64,000 nucleotides of DNA from an uncultured Acidobacteriota bacterium (GTDB lineage Bacteria; Acidobacteriota; Thermoanaerobaculia; Multivoradales; JBCCEF01): NCBI GenBank assembly GCA_963730155.1, contig CAVSQV010000003.1, forward strand, positions 2,938,496 through 3,002,495, read 5' to 3'. Shown piece after piece: positions 47,278 to 59,116 of this stretch. How positions within the stretch are numbered: position 1 is the first letter of the stretch; every line of letters starts with the position of its first letter. The translations under genes were made by a program, and so were the position numbers. The notes below the pieces were generated by a model, which was given only the letters and a program-made list of their open reading frames with translations, ran no database searches and was not told where the DNA came from.

Positions 47278-49608
47278 ATGAACCACGAGATCTCGCACCG
47301 AGCACCGCTCCGCCCGAGGACACCGTCCCCGGGAGCAGCGCGCAACCGCCGCGCGCGCCGCACGCCGGGCGGTTGGCCGCTCGCGGCCGCGGTCGCCGCC
47401 GCGCTGGCGGCGGTGGCGGTCGCCGCTCTCGGGGCGCCGCCGGGCTGCGACGCCGCCGGCTGGAGCCACTGGCGCGGGCCGGCGCGCAACGGCACCTCGC
47501 CCGAGACCGGGCTGGTGTCGAGCTGGTCGACGGAGGGCGAGAACCTGGTCTGGCGCCAGGACTTCGTCGGCCGCTCGACGCCGGTCGTCTTTGACGGCCG
47601 GGTCTGCGCCAACGGCCGGGTCGGCGAGGGGATCTCGCGCCAGGAGATGGTCGCCTGCTTCGACGCCGGCACCGGCAAGAAGCTCTGGGAGCAGCGCTGG
47701 ACGTCTACCACACGACGGTCCCGTTCAACCGCGTGGGCTGGGCCAGCCTGGTGGGCGACCCCGAGACCGGCAACCTCTACGCCCACGGCGTCGGGGGGCT
47801 CTTCTTCTGCTTCGACCGCGCGACGGCAAGGTCGTCTGGTCGCGCGCGCTGACCGAGGAGTTCGGCTTCATCGGGCTTCGGCGGCCGCACCCACACGCCG
47901 ATGATCGACGAGGACCGGCTGATCCTCTCCTTCGTCGAGCAACTGGGGCGAGCAGGCGCCGCCGCGCACCCGCACGTTCGCCTTCGACAAGCGACGGGCG
48001 AGCTGCTCTGGGTCTCGATCCCCGGCGGCCCCGATGGCCGACAACAACTCGCAGCGACGCCGCGGTGGCGGTGGTCAACGGCCAGCGTCTGCTCATCGAG
48101 GGCAACGCCGACGGCTGGATCTATGCCATCAAGGCGCGCACCGGCGAGAAGGTCTGGAGCTTCCAGCTCACGCAAGGGCGGGATCAACATCACGGTCGCG
48201 GTCGACGGCAACACCGTCTACGCCTCCCACAGCGAGGAGAACGTCGACGCGCCGATCATGGGCCGGGTGGTGGCGATCGACGCGACCGGCACGGGCGACG
48301 TGACCAAGACCCACGAGCGGTGGCGGGCGACCGCTGGGCGTCGGGCTTCTCCTCGCCGCGTTCGCACGACGGCGACGCTCTACGTCGTCGACAACTGGCG
48401 CCAACCTCTTCGCCCTCGACGCCAAGACCGGCCGCGAGCTCTGGAAGCACAAGCTGGGGACGGTGGGCAAGGGCTCGCCGGTGCTGGGCCGACGGCAAGC
48501 TCTACGTGACCGAGGTCAACGGCCGCTTCCACATCCTGAGGCCGGCCGCGACGGCGTCCGGCCGCTCGACATCGAGAAGCTGACCATGCCCGGGAGCGGC
48601 CGCTACGCCGAGATCTACGGCTCGCCGGCGATCGCCTACGGCCGGATCTACTTCACGACCGAGGCGGGGCTCTACTGCCTGGGCGACCAGAGCCAGCCGT
48701 TCAAGGTGACCAAGGACGAGCCGGTCGAGCCCGCCGGCGAGGAGCCCGGCCGCCCGGCGCCGCGGCCGCCACGCTGCTCCAGGTGGTCCCGGCCGAGGTC
48801 CTGATCGCGCCGGGCGAGACGGTCCGCTTCCCGGTCAAGGCCTTCGACGCCCAGGGCCGCCCGCTGGCGGCCCCGCGACGCCACCTGGGCGCTCGAGGGT
48901 CTGGCCGGCACCGCTCGCCGACGGCCGCTTCACCCCGGCGGCCGGCGCACCCGCCAGGCCGGCAAGGTGGCGGCGAAGGTCGGCGGGCTGGAGCGCGACG
49001 GCGCGGGTGCGGGTCAACCCGCCGCTGCCCTGGAGCGACGACTTCGAGGCGGCGTCGAGGCGCGGCAAGACCGCCCTGGTGGATCGGCGCGGCTGCCAAG
49101 TTCCCGGTCGCCGAAGTCGGACGGCGGCAAGGTGCTGTCGAAGCCGCCGCTGCCGCGGGCCGACCGCTCCGACGTCCTGCTCGGGCCGCCGGCGCTCTCC
49201 AACTACACCATCCAGGCCGACCTGCTGGGCACCGCGCAAGGGGCGGAAGCGCCCCGACCTCGGGCTGATCAACAGCGGCTACACCTGGACCTGATGGGCG
49301 CCCACCAGAAGATCCAGCTCCGCTCCTGGCCTCGGAGCTGCGCTGGAGAAGTCGGTGCCGTTCCCGTGGGAGCCGGACGTCTGGTACACGATGAAGTTCC
49401 GGGTCGACCAGCAGGGGGACAAGGCGCTCGTGCGCGGCAAGGTGTGGCGGCGCGGCGAGCCCGAGCCGCGAGGAGTGGACGATCACGGCCGAAGACCCGC
49501 AGCCGGTCCGCCAGGGCAGCCCCGGGCATCTACGGCTACTCGGCGGCGGAGATCTACTACGACAACCTGCAGGTGACGGTGAACTCCGAGAAGGATGCGA
49601 AGGAATGA
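47278..49608 (+). pseudogene. BamB-like PQQ-repeat beta-propeller protein with a C-terminal beta-sandwich-like domain, heavily frameshifted
   Basis: The signal and N-terminus are MNHEISHRAPLRPRTPSPGAARNRRARRTPGGWPLAAAVAAALAAVAVAALG...WSHWRGPARNGTSPETGL. Propeller blades and the C-terminal domain (..PFPWEPDVWYTMKFRVDQQGDKALVRGKVWRRGEPEP...GIYGYSAAEIYYDNLQVTVN) are spread across at least 7 overlapping track ORFs in three frames. Confidence 0.6.
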
Positions 49609-51230
49609 CGTCCGATCGATCTCCGCCGCCGCGGTGCTGGCGCTGGCGGCGCTGCCGGTGACCGTCGCTGCCGAGGAACCTGCGATCGCCATGTTCGGCG
49701 GGGACCCGAGCCGCCAGACCGCTGAGGCGCCGCAAGGCGCCGAGGCGGCCTCGCGGGAGGCGCATCCGCCATGTTCGGCGGCGGCCCTCGCGCAACATGG
49801 CCTCCGCCGAGAAGGGCCTGCCCGCGAAGTGGGACCCCGAGACCGGCGCCAACATGCTCGTGGATGCCGCCGCTCGGCTCGCAGAGCCTACGGCGGCCCG
49901 GTCGTCGCCGGCGGCAAGGTCTTCGTCGGCACCAACAACGAAGGCGCCGCGCAACCCGAAGCTCGACCGGCGACCGCGGCAGTCCTGATGTGCTTCGACG
50001 CCAACGACCGGCAAGTTCCTCTGGCAGTCGGCGCACGACAAGCTCCCGGCCGGCCGCGTCAACGACTGGCCGCTCGAGGGCATCTGCTCCGGCCCCGGCG
50101 TCGAGGGCGACCGCCTCTACTACGTCAGCAACCGCTGCGAGGTCGTCTGCGCCGACGCCGAGGGCTTCCGCGACGGCAAGAACGACGGCCCGTTGACCGA
50201 CGAGACCGACGACGACCGAGACCGACGAGGACGTGGTCTGGAAGCTCGACATGATCGGCGAGCTGGACGTCTTCCCGCACAACCTGGCCGCCGGCTCCCC
50301 GCTGATCGTCGGCGACCTGCTGTTCATCGTCACCGCCAACGGCGTCGACGAGGGGCACATCAACATCCCCGCGCCGCACGCGCCGAGCTTCATCGCGGTC
50401 GACAAGAAGACCGGCAAGCTGCTGTGGGAGGACAACTCGCCGCCGGCGAGAACATCCTGCACGGCCAGTGGTCGAACCCGGCCTACGCGCGTGATCAAGC
50501 GGCAAGCCGCAGGTGATCTTCCCCGGCGGCGACGGCTGGCTCTACTCCTTCGAGCCCAAGACCGGCAAGCTGCTCTGGAAGTTCGACTGCAACCCGAAGG
50601 ACGCCGTGTACGAGCTCGGCGGCACGCGGCACCCGCAACGACTTCATCGCCACGCCGGTCGTCTACGACGACAAGGTCTACATCGGCGTCGGCCAGGACC
50701 CCGAGCACGGCGAGGGCGTCGGCCACCTGTGGTGCATCGACGCCGGCGACGGCACGGCGACGTCACCGGCAAGGCGCGTGGTCTGGCACCGCGGCGGCGA
50801 GGACTTCCACCGCACGCTCTCGACCGTGGCGATCGCCGGACGGCATCGTCTACGCCTCCGACCTCTCGGGCCACCTCTACTGCCTCGACGCCAAGACCGG
50901 CCAGCACTTCTGGACGCTACGACGCCTTCGCCGCCATCTGGGGCTCGCCCTTCGTCGCCGACGGCAAGGTCTACCTCGGCGACGAGGACGGCGACGTCGT
51001 GGTGCTGCGGGCGGGCAAGAAGAAGGAGCTCCTGCACGAGATCAACCTGGGCAGCTCGGTCTACACCACGCCGGTGGCCACGGACGGGGTCCTCTACATC
51101 ATGACCCGCGCGACGCTCTTCGCGATCGAAGGAGGGCGCGACGTGGCAGCCGGCGGCGCCGCCGGCGCCGCCGGCCGAGGCGCCGGCGCGGTGATCACCG
51201 AGGCCGGCCGACCGGCGCCCGCCCCGGCGG
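49595..51230 (+). pseudogene. Second PQQ-repeat beta-propeller protein, frameshifted
   Basis: The signal peptide is MRRNDVRSISAAAVLALAALPVTVAAEEP. Propeller segments (..[54 protein letters not shown].. ; ..[36 protein letters not shown].. ; ..[81 protein letters not shown]) alternate between frames. Confidence 0.55.
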
Positions 51231-52332
51231 CCGCGGACGCGAGCGCCCTCGCCGACCGCGTCGCCGAGGCGCGCCGCGGCTCGACGCCCACGTGCGCGAG
51301 ACGTGGCCTGGCACTTCTCGACCCGAGACCGGCAGCCCGTTCTGGCTGGAGCGGGCGCGAGGCGCTCGGCTTCGATCCGCGCGAAGGAGGTCCACGGCTA
51401 CGACGACCTCGAAGCTCTTCGGCCACTTCGAGGACTCCTGGCTGCGCGGCGGTCCGGTGCGCCGCTGGATGCCCCGGGGGCTCGCCGGCCGGCCGGTCTA
51501 CGTCTTCGAGACCGGCGGCACGACCGGGGTGCCGAAGTCGCGGGTCAACATCGAGGACTTCCAGATCGACTACGAGCGAGTTCAGCGACGCGCTGCCCGA
51601 CGAGGGCTTCCCGCCCGGGCGCCGACTGGCTGATGCTCGGGCCGACCGGCCCGCGCCGGCTGCGGCTGGCGGTCGAGCACCTGGCGCAGCACCGCGGCGG
51701 CATCTGCTTCCACGTCGACCTCGACCCGCGCTGGGTCAACCGGCTGATCAAGGACGGCCGCCTCCGCGAGCTGGAGGAGTACAAGGCCCACGTCATCGAG
51801 CCAGGGGCTGACCGTGCTCCGGGCGCACGAGATCCGCTGCCTGTTCACGACGCCGAAGCTGCTGGACGCGCTCTGCGAGCGCAGGCTCGTCTCGCCAAGC
51901 TGGGCATCCGCGGCATCTTCTGCGGCGGCACCGAGATGAACGCCGCAGTTCCACCGCTTCGCCCGCGAGGAGCTGGTGCCGGGGATCGAGTTCGTGCCGA
52001 CCTACGGCAACACGCTGATGGGGCTCGCCTGCCCGAAGCCGTTCGACCCGGCGGCGCCCGACTACACGATCACCTACTACCCGCCCGCACCGCGCGCGGT
52101 CTTCGAGCTGGTCGACCCCGACGACCCGGAGCGCGCCGGTCGAGCTACGGCGAGACCGGGCGGGTGATGCTGACCACGCTCACCCGCGAGCTTCTTCATG
52201 CCGCGCTTCCTCGGAGCGCGACGAGGGCGAGCGGGCCGAGCCGATCGAGCGCTATCCCGTGGGACGGCGTGACGCAACCTGCGGCTCTTCTCGCGGCTGG
52301 CCGAGATTCGGTGGTCGGTCGGGGTGTATTAG
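51230..52332 (+). pseudogene. LuxE/PaaK-family adenylate-forming enzyme (acyl-protein synthetase or phenylacetate-CoA-ligase-like), frameshifted
   Basis: Segments in three frames: ..[54 protein letters not shown] (adenylation P-loop-like TGGTTG-PK); ..[74 protein letters not shown]; ..QFHRFAREELVPGIEFVPTYGNTLMGLACPKPFDPAAPDYTITYYPPAPRAVFELVDPDDPER. Confidence 0.55.
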
Positions 52333-52343
52333 ATGACGGTCCG

Positions 52344-53856
52344 ATGCTTCCCCTCCTGCTCCGCGGCGGACGCCCCTACCGCAGCCTGGAGGCGCGACCT
52401 CCTGCGCGACGCCGCGACGGGCGAGCCGGTGGCCGAGGTCGCCAGGCCGAACCCGGGGCTCATCGCGAAGCGATCTGCCCGAGCGATCGGCGCGGCGCGC
52501 CGGACGCTCGCCGCGCTCCCCGCCGCCGAGCTGCTCGCGATCTGCCGCCGGGCGGCCCGCCTCTTCGCCGAGGCCGAGCTGCCGCCGGCGACGGCGTCCA
52601 GGGCTCGGACGACTACGTCCGCCAGCTCTCGGCGACCTCCGGCCTGCCGGAGACCCTCTGCCGGCTCAACATGGAGAAGATCCGCACCGTGCTCGCCGGC
52701 ATGGAGGCGGTGCTCGCCGGGCTGACGCGGGGGCTCGACCTCTCGGTCCTCGACTCCGGCTGGGCGGAGGACGGACGGCCGGATCGTCTCCTTCCGCGCC
52801 GCAGACCGACGCCCTGGGCGCGGTCCTGCCCAGCAACTCGCCGGGCGTCCACAACCTCTGGCTGCCGGCGCCGGCGCTCAAGATCCCGGTGGCGCTCAAG
52901 CCCGGGCGCGAGGAGCCGTGGACGCCGTTCCGGATCGGCCAGGCGCTGATCGCCGCCGGCCTGCCCGCCCGGGCGCTCTCGGCTTCTACCCGGCCGACCA
53001 CGGCGGGCGCCGCCGAGATCCTGCTGCGCTGCGGCCGGTCGCTGCTCTTCGGCGACGAGTCCACGGTGCGCCCCTGGGAAGGCGATCCGCGGGTGCAGAT
53101 CCACGGCCCGGGCTGGAGCAAGGTGCTCTTCGGCGAGGACCAGGCTCGCCCACTGGGAGAGCCATCTCGACCTCCTCGTGCCGGTCGATCGCCGACAACG
53201 GCGGCCGCTCGTGCCTCAACGCCTCGGGCGTCTGGGTGCCGAAGCCGGCGGCGGCGGCAACGGCCTCGGCCGCAGGCTCGCCGAGGCGCTCGCGCGCCGG
53301 CTGGCCGCGATCGAGGCGCTGCCGCTCGACCATCCCGAGGCGCGGCTCGCCGCGTTCCCGCGATCCCGCAGGCGGCGCATCAGATCTCCGACACTGATCG
53401 ACCGCCAGCTCCGCCTCCGCGGCGCCGTCGATCTGACCGCGGCGATCCGCGGCCGCGCCGGGTGGCCGAGGCCGGCGGCTGCACGTTCCTGCTGCCGACG
53501 CTCATCTGGTGCGAGGACCCCGACCACCCGCTCGCCAACACCGAGCTGCTGTTCCCCTTCGCCTCGCGTCGTCGAGGTCCGCAGGACGAGATGCTCGCGC
53601 GGATCGGCCCGACGCTCGTCGGCCACCGCGCTCACCGACGGACCCCGCCTTCGAGCGCGAGCTGCTCGACTGCCCGCGCGATCGACCGGCTGAACCTGGG
53701 GCCGGTCCCGGCGCGGTGCCGACCTCCCGCGTGTCCTGGGACCAGCCGCACGAGGGGAACCTCTTCGAGCACCTCTACCGCCACCGCGCGCTCGGCGGGC
53801 CGGCGCTGACGGCGGGTGCGGCACGGCCGGCGGTTGCCGCGGGAGCGCCGGCATGA
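52344..53856 (+). pseudogene. LuxC-like acyl-CoA reductase (aldehyde-dehydrogenase-fold), frameshifted
   Basis: Segments: ..DYVRQLSATSGLPETLCRLNMEKIRTVLAGMEAVLAGLTRGLDLSVLDSGWAEDGR ; ..LGAVLPSNSPGVHNLWLPAPALKIPVALKPGREEPWTPFRIGQALIAAGLPARALSFYPADHGG ; ..AEILLRCGRSLLFGDESTVRPWEGDPRVQIHGPGWSKVLFGED ; ..SIADNGGRSCLNASGVWVP ; C-terminus ..NLGPVPTSRVSWDQPHEGNLFEHLYRHRALGGPA. Its stop overlaps the next gene's ATG (ATGA). Confidence 0.5.
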
Positions 53857-55121
53857 GCGCCGTCGCCCGGCTCACCTCCGGTCCGACCGGCGGGCACGAG
53901 CCGGCCTCGCTCCAGGCGGGGATGACCCCTTCCGGCACCGCGCGCTGGCGCGCCCGGTGGGCGCGATCGAGGTCTCGTTCGGCGCCGGCACGGCGGCCTC
54001 GCTCGGGGAGCTGGTGCGCGCCGTCGCACCGGACGCCTCCCGCGCGCTGGTGGTCACCGATCCCGGGGTGCGCGCCGCCGGCCACGCCGAGGCCGCCGCT
54101 CGCCGCGCTCGCCGAGGCCGGCTCGAGACCGCGATGTTCGACGGCGTCGGCGAGAACCCGACCACCGAGCGAGGTCGACGCCGGCGCCGCCTTCGCCGCG
54201 CCGTTCGCGCCCGACCTGCGTCGTCGGCCTCGGCGGCGGCAGCGCGATCGACTGCGCCAAGGGGATCAACTTCCTGCTCACCAACGGCGGCCGGATGGAG
54301 GACTACCGGGGCGCGGCAAGGCGCGGCTGCCGATGCTGCCGTCGATCGGCGTGCCGACCACCGCCGGCACCGGCAGCGAGGCCCAGTCCTACGCCCTGAT
54401 CTCGCACGCCGAGGACCCACCGAGAAGATGGCCTGCGGCGACGACAAGGCGCGCTTCCGCGCGGTGGTGCTCGACCCGCGCGCTCGCCGCGACCGCGCCG
54501 CGCCGGGTCGCGGCCGCGGCGGGGATCGACGCGGTGTCGCACGCGGTCGAGAGCCACGGTGACCACGGCGCGGCAACCCGGTGTCGCGGATGCTCTCGCG
54601 CGAGGCCTGGCGCCTGCTCGACGGCGCGCTGCCCGCGGCGCTCGCCTCGCGCGGCGAGGACCTCGGCGAGGATCTCGACGCGATCGGCCGCATGCTCTTG
54701 GGCGCCCACCTCGCCGGCGCCGCGATCGAGCACTCGATGCTCGGCGCCGCCCACGCCTGCGCCAATCCGCTGACCGCCCGCTTCGGCGTCGACGCACGGC
54801 GTGGCGGTCGGCCTGATGCTCCCCCACGTCGTCCGCTTCAACGCCGCCGTCGCGGCCGAGGGCTACGCCGAGCTGGCCGACGCGGCCGGCCTCGACGCCG
54901 GCGCCGAAGGCGCCGGCCCGGCGGCCGCGCTGGCGCGCCGGATCGAGGGGCTGCGCGCCGCCGCCGGCCTCCCCGGCCGGCTCGCCGAGGTCGGCGTTTC
55001 GGCGCGCGCGCTGGCGGAGCTGGCCGCCGACGCAGCCACGCCAGTGGACGCGGCAGGTTCAACCCGCGGCCGCGTCTCCGAGTGCCGACTTCCTGAGGCT
55101 GCTAGTGAATCCGCGCTCTAG
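53853..55121 (+). pseudogene. Iron-containing (group III) alcohol dehydrogenase, frameshifted
   Basis: Segments: ..[60 protein letters not shown] ; ..[31 protein letters not shown] ; ..[31 protein letters not shown] ; ..AAGIDAVSHAVESH ; C-terminus ..AHACANPLTARFGVDA..GVAVGLMLPHVVRFNA. Confidence 0.65.
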
Positions 55122-55129
55122 CTGCCTCG

Positions 55130-56249
55130 CCGCCGCTGCTCCTCACGCTCGCCGCCGCCCGCCGCGGCCGACTGGACCGCGCTTCCGCGGCGATGCCCGG
55201 ACATCGCCGGCCGCGCCGACTGCCGCGCTGCCGGCCGAAGCCCGAGCTGAAGCTGGACGCTTCGAGGCCGAAGCGGGCTTCGTCGTCGACCGCGGCGATC
55301 GTCGGACGGCACGGTCTACGCCGCCTCGCTCGACGGCCAGCTCTACGCCCTCGACCTCGCGACCGGCAAGCAGCGCTGGAAGCTACGAGGCCGGCGACGA
55401 GATCAAGTCGTCGCCCGGTCGTGTTGGCAGGACGGTGGCGGACGGTCTACTTCGGCGACGAGACGGGCAAGCTCCACGCCGTCGACGCCGCGACCGGCAA
55501 GGCGCGCTGGATCTTCACCGCCGACGGCCGGGATCATCTCCTCGGCCAACTTCGCGCCGGCGACTGCATCCTGTTCGGCTCCTACGACAACCGCCTCTAC
55601 TGCCTGCGGCCGGAGAGCGGCAAGGCCGTCTGGAAGGTCGAGACCGACGGCTACGTCCACGGCACGCCGGCGATCGCCGGCGGCGACACGCTGGTCGCCG
55701 GCTGCGACGGCTTCCTGCGCCGTGGTGCGCCTGGCCGACGGCAAGGAGGTCGCGACAGGTCGAGCTCGGCGGCTACGCCGCGGCGAGCCCGGCGGTCGCC
55801 GGCGGCCGCGCCTTCGTCGGCACCTTCGAGAACCAGGTCCTGGCGGTCGACCTCGAGACGGGCGCGCTCGCCTGGCGCTACGAGCACCCGGTGCGCAAGT
55901 TCCCGTTCTACGCCTCGGCGGCGATCGCGGCGAGGGGACGGGTCGCTGGAGGACGGTGCGTGGTCATCGTCGGCGGCCGCGACAAGATGGTCCACGCCCT
56001 CGACGCCGCCGACGGCGCCGAGCGCTGGACCTGGTCCGCCGGCGCGCGCGGTCGACGCCTCGCCGGTGGTCGCCGGCGGCCGGGTGCTGGCGGCGACCAC
56101 AGGGCGGGGTGCTCGTCGCGCTCGACCTCGCGACCGGCGAGCCGTCGTGGCGCTTCGACGCCGGCGCCCCGTTCGACGCCTCGCCGGCGGTCGCCGCCGG
56201 CCGGCTGGTGATCGGCGACGCGGACGGCATCCTCTACTGTTTCGGCTAG
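55130..56249 (+). pseudogene. Third PQQ-repeat beta-propeller protein (short, ~370 aa), frameshifted
   Basis: Segments: ..VYAASLDGQLYALDLATGKQRWK ; ..TVYFGDETGKLHAVDAATGKARWIFTADGRDHLLGQ..ILFGSYDNRLYCLRPESGKAVWKVETDGYVHGTPAIAGGDTLVAGCDGFLR ; ..AFVGTFENQVLAVDLETGALAWRYEHP..VVIVGGRDKMVHALDAADGAERWTW ; end ..VLVALDLATGEPSWRFDAGAPFDASPAVAAGRLVIGDADGILYCFG. Confidence 0.55.
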
Positions 56250-56339
56250 GGGCCCAACCACGCGGCCGCGAACCCCGTACCTCACACCGAGAACCCACCA
56301 CCCGGCGACGCGCCCGAACCACGACCCGCGAAAGGCCTC

Positions 56340-57738
56340 ATGAGCCGTACCGACACCGCGACCCTCGAACCGCACGCCGCCGCCCCCTCCCCGAGCCGGC
56401 CACCGCCGGCCAGAGCTCCGAGGACACCGAGGTCGGCAGCGTCTTCGTCTCCAACTACCCGCCGTACTCGGCGTGGAGCCCGGAGGCGGTGGCCGCGGTC
56501 GAGCGCCGGCTCGCCGCGCCGGCCCCGGATCCGGCGACGCCGCTCGGCCTCTACCTCCACATCCCGTTCTGCCGCAAGCGCTGCAAGTTCTGCTACTTCC
56601 GCGTCTACACCGACAAGAACTCGGGCGAGATCGGCCGCTACCTCGACGCCCTGGCGCGCGAGGTCGAGCTCTGGCGCCGAGCGGCCCGCGATCGCCGGCC
56701 GGCCGCTCCGCTTCGTCTACTTCGGCGGCGGCACGCCGTCTTACATCAGCGTCCGCCAGCTCGAGGAGCTGTTCGGCCGCGTGCGCGCCGCGTTCTCCTG
56801 GGACCGGCGCCGAGGAGGTCACCTTCGAGTGCGAGCCGGGGACCCTCACCGAGTCCAAGCTCGAGGCGATCCGCGAGCATCGGCGTCACCCGCCTGTCGC
56901 TCGGCATCGAGAGCTTCGACGACGAGATCCTGCGCGAGAACGGCCGCGCCCACGTCTCGACGGAGATCTACCGCGTGCCTGCCGTGGATCCGCGAGCTCG
57001 GCTTCGACCAGCTCAACGTCGACCTGATCGCCGGCATGGTCGGCGAGACCTGGGAGACCTGGAAGGCGACCGTCGAGCGGACGCTCGAGGTCGAGCCCGA
57101 CAGCGTCACCGTCTATCAGATGGAGCTGCCGTTCAACGACCGTCTACTCGAAGGACGTCCTGGCCGGGAGCTTCGAGCGCCCGCTCGCCACCTGGGCCGA
57201 CAAGCGCGCCTGGCACGACTAGGCCTTCGAGCGCTTCGAGGCGGCCGGCTACGAGGTGTCGAGCGCCTACACCGTGGTGAAGAGGAAGCCCGGCGACGCC
57301 GGCAGCCGCTTCGTCTACCGCGACGCGGTCTGGCACGGCAGCGACCTGCTGGGCACCGGGGTCGCCTCGTTCTCCCACTTCCGCGGCGTCCACTTCCAGA
57401 ACGAAGCGGGCTGGGTTCCGTATCTGGACTCCGTGGAAGCCGGCCGCCTGCCTCTAGCCCGCGCCTTCGAGGCCGCCCCCGAGGACCTGCTGCGCCGTGA
57501 GCTGATCCTCCAGATGAAGCTCGGCCGGGTCGAGGCGGCGCCGTTCGCGGAGAAGTTCGGCGTCGACGTGCTGGAGCGCTTCGCCCCCGCCCTCGAGCGG
57601 CTCGAGCGCCGCGGCATGCTCGCGCTCGACCGGACCGGCGGCGGCCGCATCGAGCTGTCTCGCGACGGGCTGCTGCAGGTCGACACCCTGCTGCCCGAGC
57701 TGTACGACGAGCGCTACCGCAAGGGGCGCTACACCTAG
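56340..57738 (+). pseudogene. HemN/HemW-like radical SAM enzyme (oxygen-independent coproporphyrinogen-III oxidase family), with frameshifts and an in-frame TAG
   Basis: The radical SAM CX3CX2C motif is LYLHIPFCRKRCKFCYF. Further segments: ..RFVYFGGGTPSYISVRQLEELFGRVRAAFSWDR ; ..[47 protein letters not shown] ; ..LNVDLIAGMVGETWETWKATVERTLEVEPDSVTVYQMELPFN ; ..WADKRAWHD-TAG-AFERFEAAGYEVSSAYTVV (in-frame TAG at 57220-57222) ; C-terminus ..LERFAPALERLERRGMLALDRTGGGRIELSRDGLLQVDTLLPELY. Confidence 0.7.
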
Positions 57739-57811
57739 GAGCCTCGCTGCCGAGATTTCCGCGCACCGGGCCCGAACCGCAACCGACCGATCTCCCCAGC
57801 CGAAGGAGAGG

Positions 57812-59116
57812 ATGATGACCGCGATCCGCCCAGCCCTCGCCTCCGCCAGCTTCAAGCCCGCCGCCCGCGCTCCGTTCGTCGCTGCCGCTGTCCTTCTCGC
57901 CGCCGCCGCGCTGGCGCTGCCGGCCGCCGCGCCGGCCGCCGACTGGCCGATGTTCCGCGGCCCGGGCGCCTCCGGCGTCTCCCCCGAGACCGGCCTCCTC
58001 GCCGCCTGGCCCGCGGCCGGCCCGTCCGAGGTCTGGCGCGTGCCGCTCGGCGAGGGCTACTCCGGGCTCTCGGTGGTCGGCGGCCGGATGTACACGCTCT
58101 ACGCCGACGCCCAGGACGAGCTGGTGGTCGCGCTCGACGCCGCCACCGGCAAGGAGCTGTGGCGCTACCGGCTCGACGCCAAGTACTTCGACGGCCAGGG
58201 CAACGGCCCGCGCTCGACGCCGACGGTCGAGGGCGGCACCGTCTTCGCCTACGGCGCGCGCGCCAAGCTCGCCGCGCTCGACGCCGAGAGCGGCCGGCTC
58301 TTGTGGAGCCAGGACCTGAAGAAGTCGTTCGGCGCCCGCCCGCCGCAGTGGGCGGTCTCGACCTCGCCGCGGGTCTGGGGCGACCTCCTCTTGGTCGACG
58401 CCGGCGGCCGCGAGGGCGCCTCGATCGTCGCCCTCGACAAGCGCAGCGGCGTGGTCAAGTGGACCGCCGGCACCGACGTCCAGGGCTACTCGACGCCGCT
58501 GGTGATCGCGGTCGGCGGCAAGGACGTCGCGGTCTTCTTCACCGGCAGCAAGATCGTCGGCCTCGATCCCGCCGGCGGCGAGATCCACTGGTCGCTCGGC
58601 TGGGAGACCAGCTACGACGTCAACGCCGCGACGCCGGTCTTCGTGCCGCCCGACCGGGTCTTCCTCTCCTCCGGCTACGGCGTCGGCGCGGTGATGCTGG
58701 AGGTGACCGCCAAGGGGGGCAAGACCGCGGCGACCGAGGTCTGGCGCAGCAAGGGGATGAAGAACCAGTTCTCGACCTCGGTCTACCACGCCGGCCACCT
58801 CTACGGCTTCGACGACTCGATCCTGAAGTGCCTCGACGCCGCGACCGGCGAGGAGAAGTGGAAGGCGCGCGGCTTCGGCCACGGCTCGCTGATGCTCGCC
58901 GACGGCCGGCTCTACGTCCTCTCCGACCGCGGCACGCTGGCGCTGGTCGAGGCGACGGCGGAGAGCTACAAGGAGGTCGCCCGCTTCGAGCCCCTCGACG
59001 GAAAATGCTGGACGATGCCGACGGTCGCCGGCGGCAAGCTCTTCGTGCGCAACGAGAAGGTGGTGGCGGCCTACGATGTCGCTGGGGGTGGGGAGGTGGA
59101 CCGTGCGTCGCGTTGA
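57812..59116 (+). CDS. BamB-like PQQ-repeat beta-propeller protein (intact)
   Basis: 434 aa. The signal peptide is MMTAIRPALASASFKPAARAPFVAAAVLLAAAALALPAAAPAA. The N-terminal motif is DWPMFRGPGASGVSPETGLLAAWP. Repeated blades follow (..GGRMYTLYADAQDELVVALDAATGKELWR.. ; ..VFAYGARAKLAALDAESGRLLWS.. ; ..HLYGFDDSILKCLDAATGEEKWK..DGRLYVLSDRGTLALVEA..KLFVRNEKVVAAYDV). Confidence 0.8.
   Translation: MMTAIRPALASASFKPAARAPFVAAAVLLAAAALALPAAAPAADWPMFRGPGASGVSPETGLLAAWPAAGPSEVWRVPLGEGYSGLSVVGGRMYTLYADAQDELVVALDAATGKELWRYRLDAKYFDGQGNGPRSTPTVEGGTVFAYGARAKLAALDAESGRLLWSQDLKKSFGARPPQWAVSTSPRVWGDLLLVDAGGREGASIVALDKRSGVVKWTAGTDVQGYSTPLVIAVGGKDVAVFFTGSKIVGLDPAGGEIHWSLGWETSYDVNAATPVFVPPDRVFLSSGYGVGAVMLEVTAKGGKTAATEVWRSKGMKNQFSTSVYHAGHLYGFDDSILKCLDAATGEEKWKARGFGHGSLMLADGRLYVLSDRGTLALVEATAESYKEVARFEPLDGKCWTMPTVAGGKLFVRNEKVVAAYDVAGGGEVDRASR

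Noticed and set aside
52333-52725. Track ORF MTVRCFPSCSAADAPTAAW... (130 aa)
   Set aside because: It is the wrong frame over the LuxC-like gene. The neighbouring frame gives aldehyde-dehydrogenase-like sequence.
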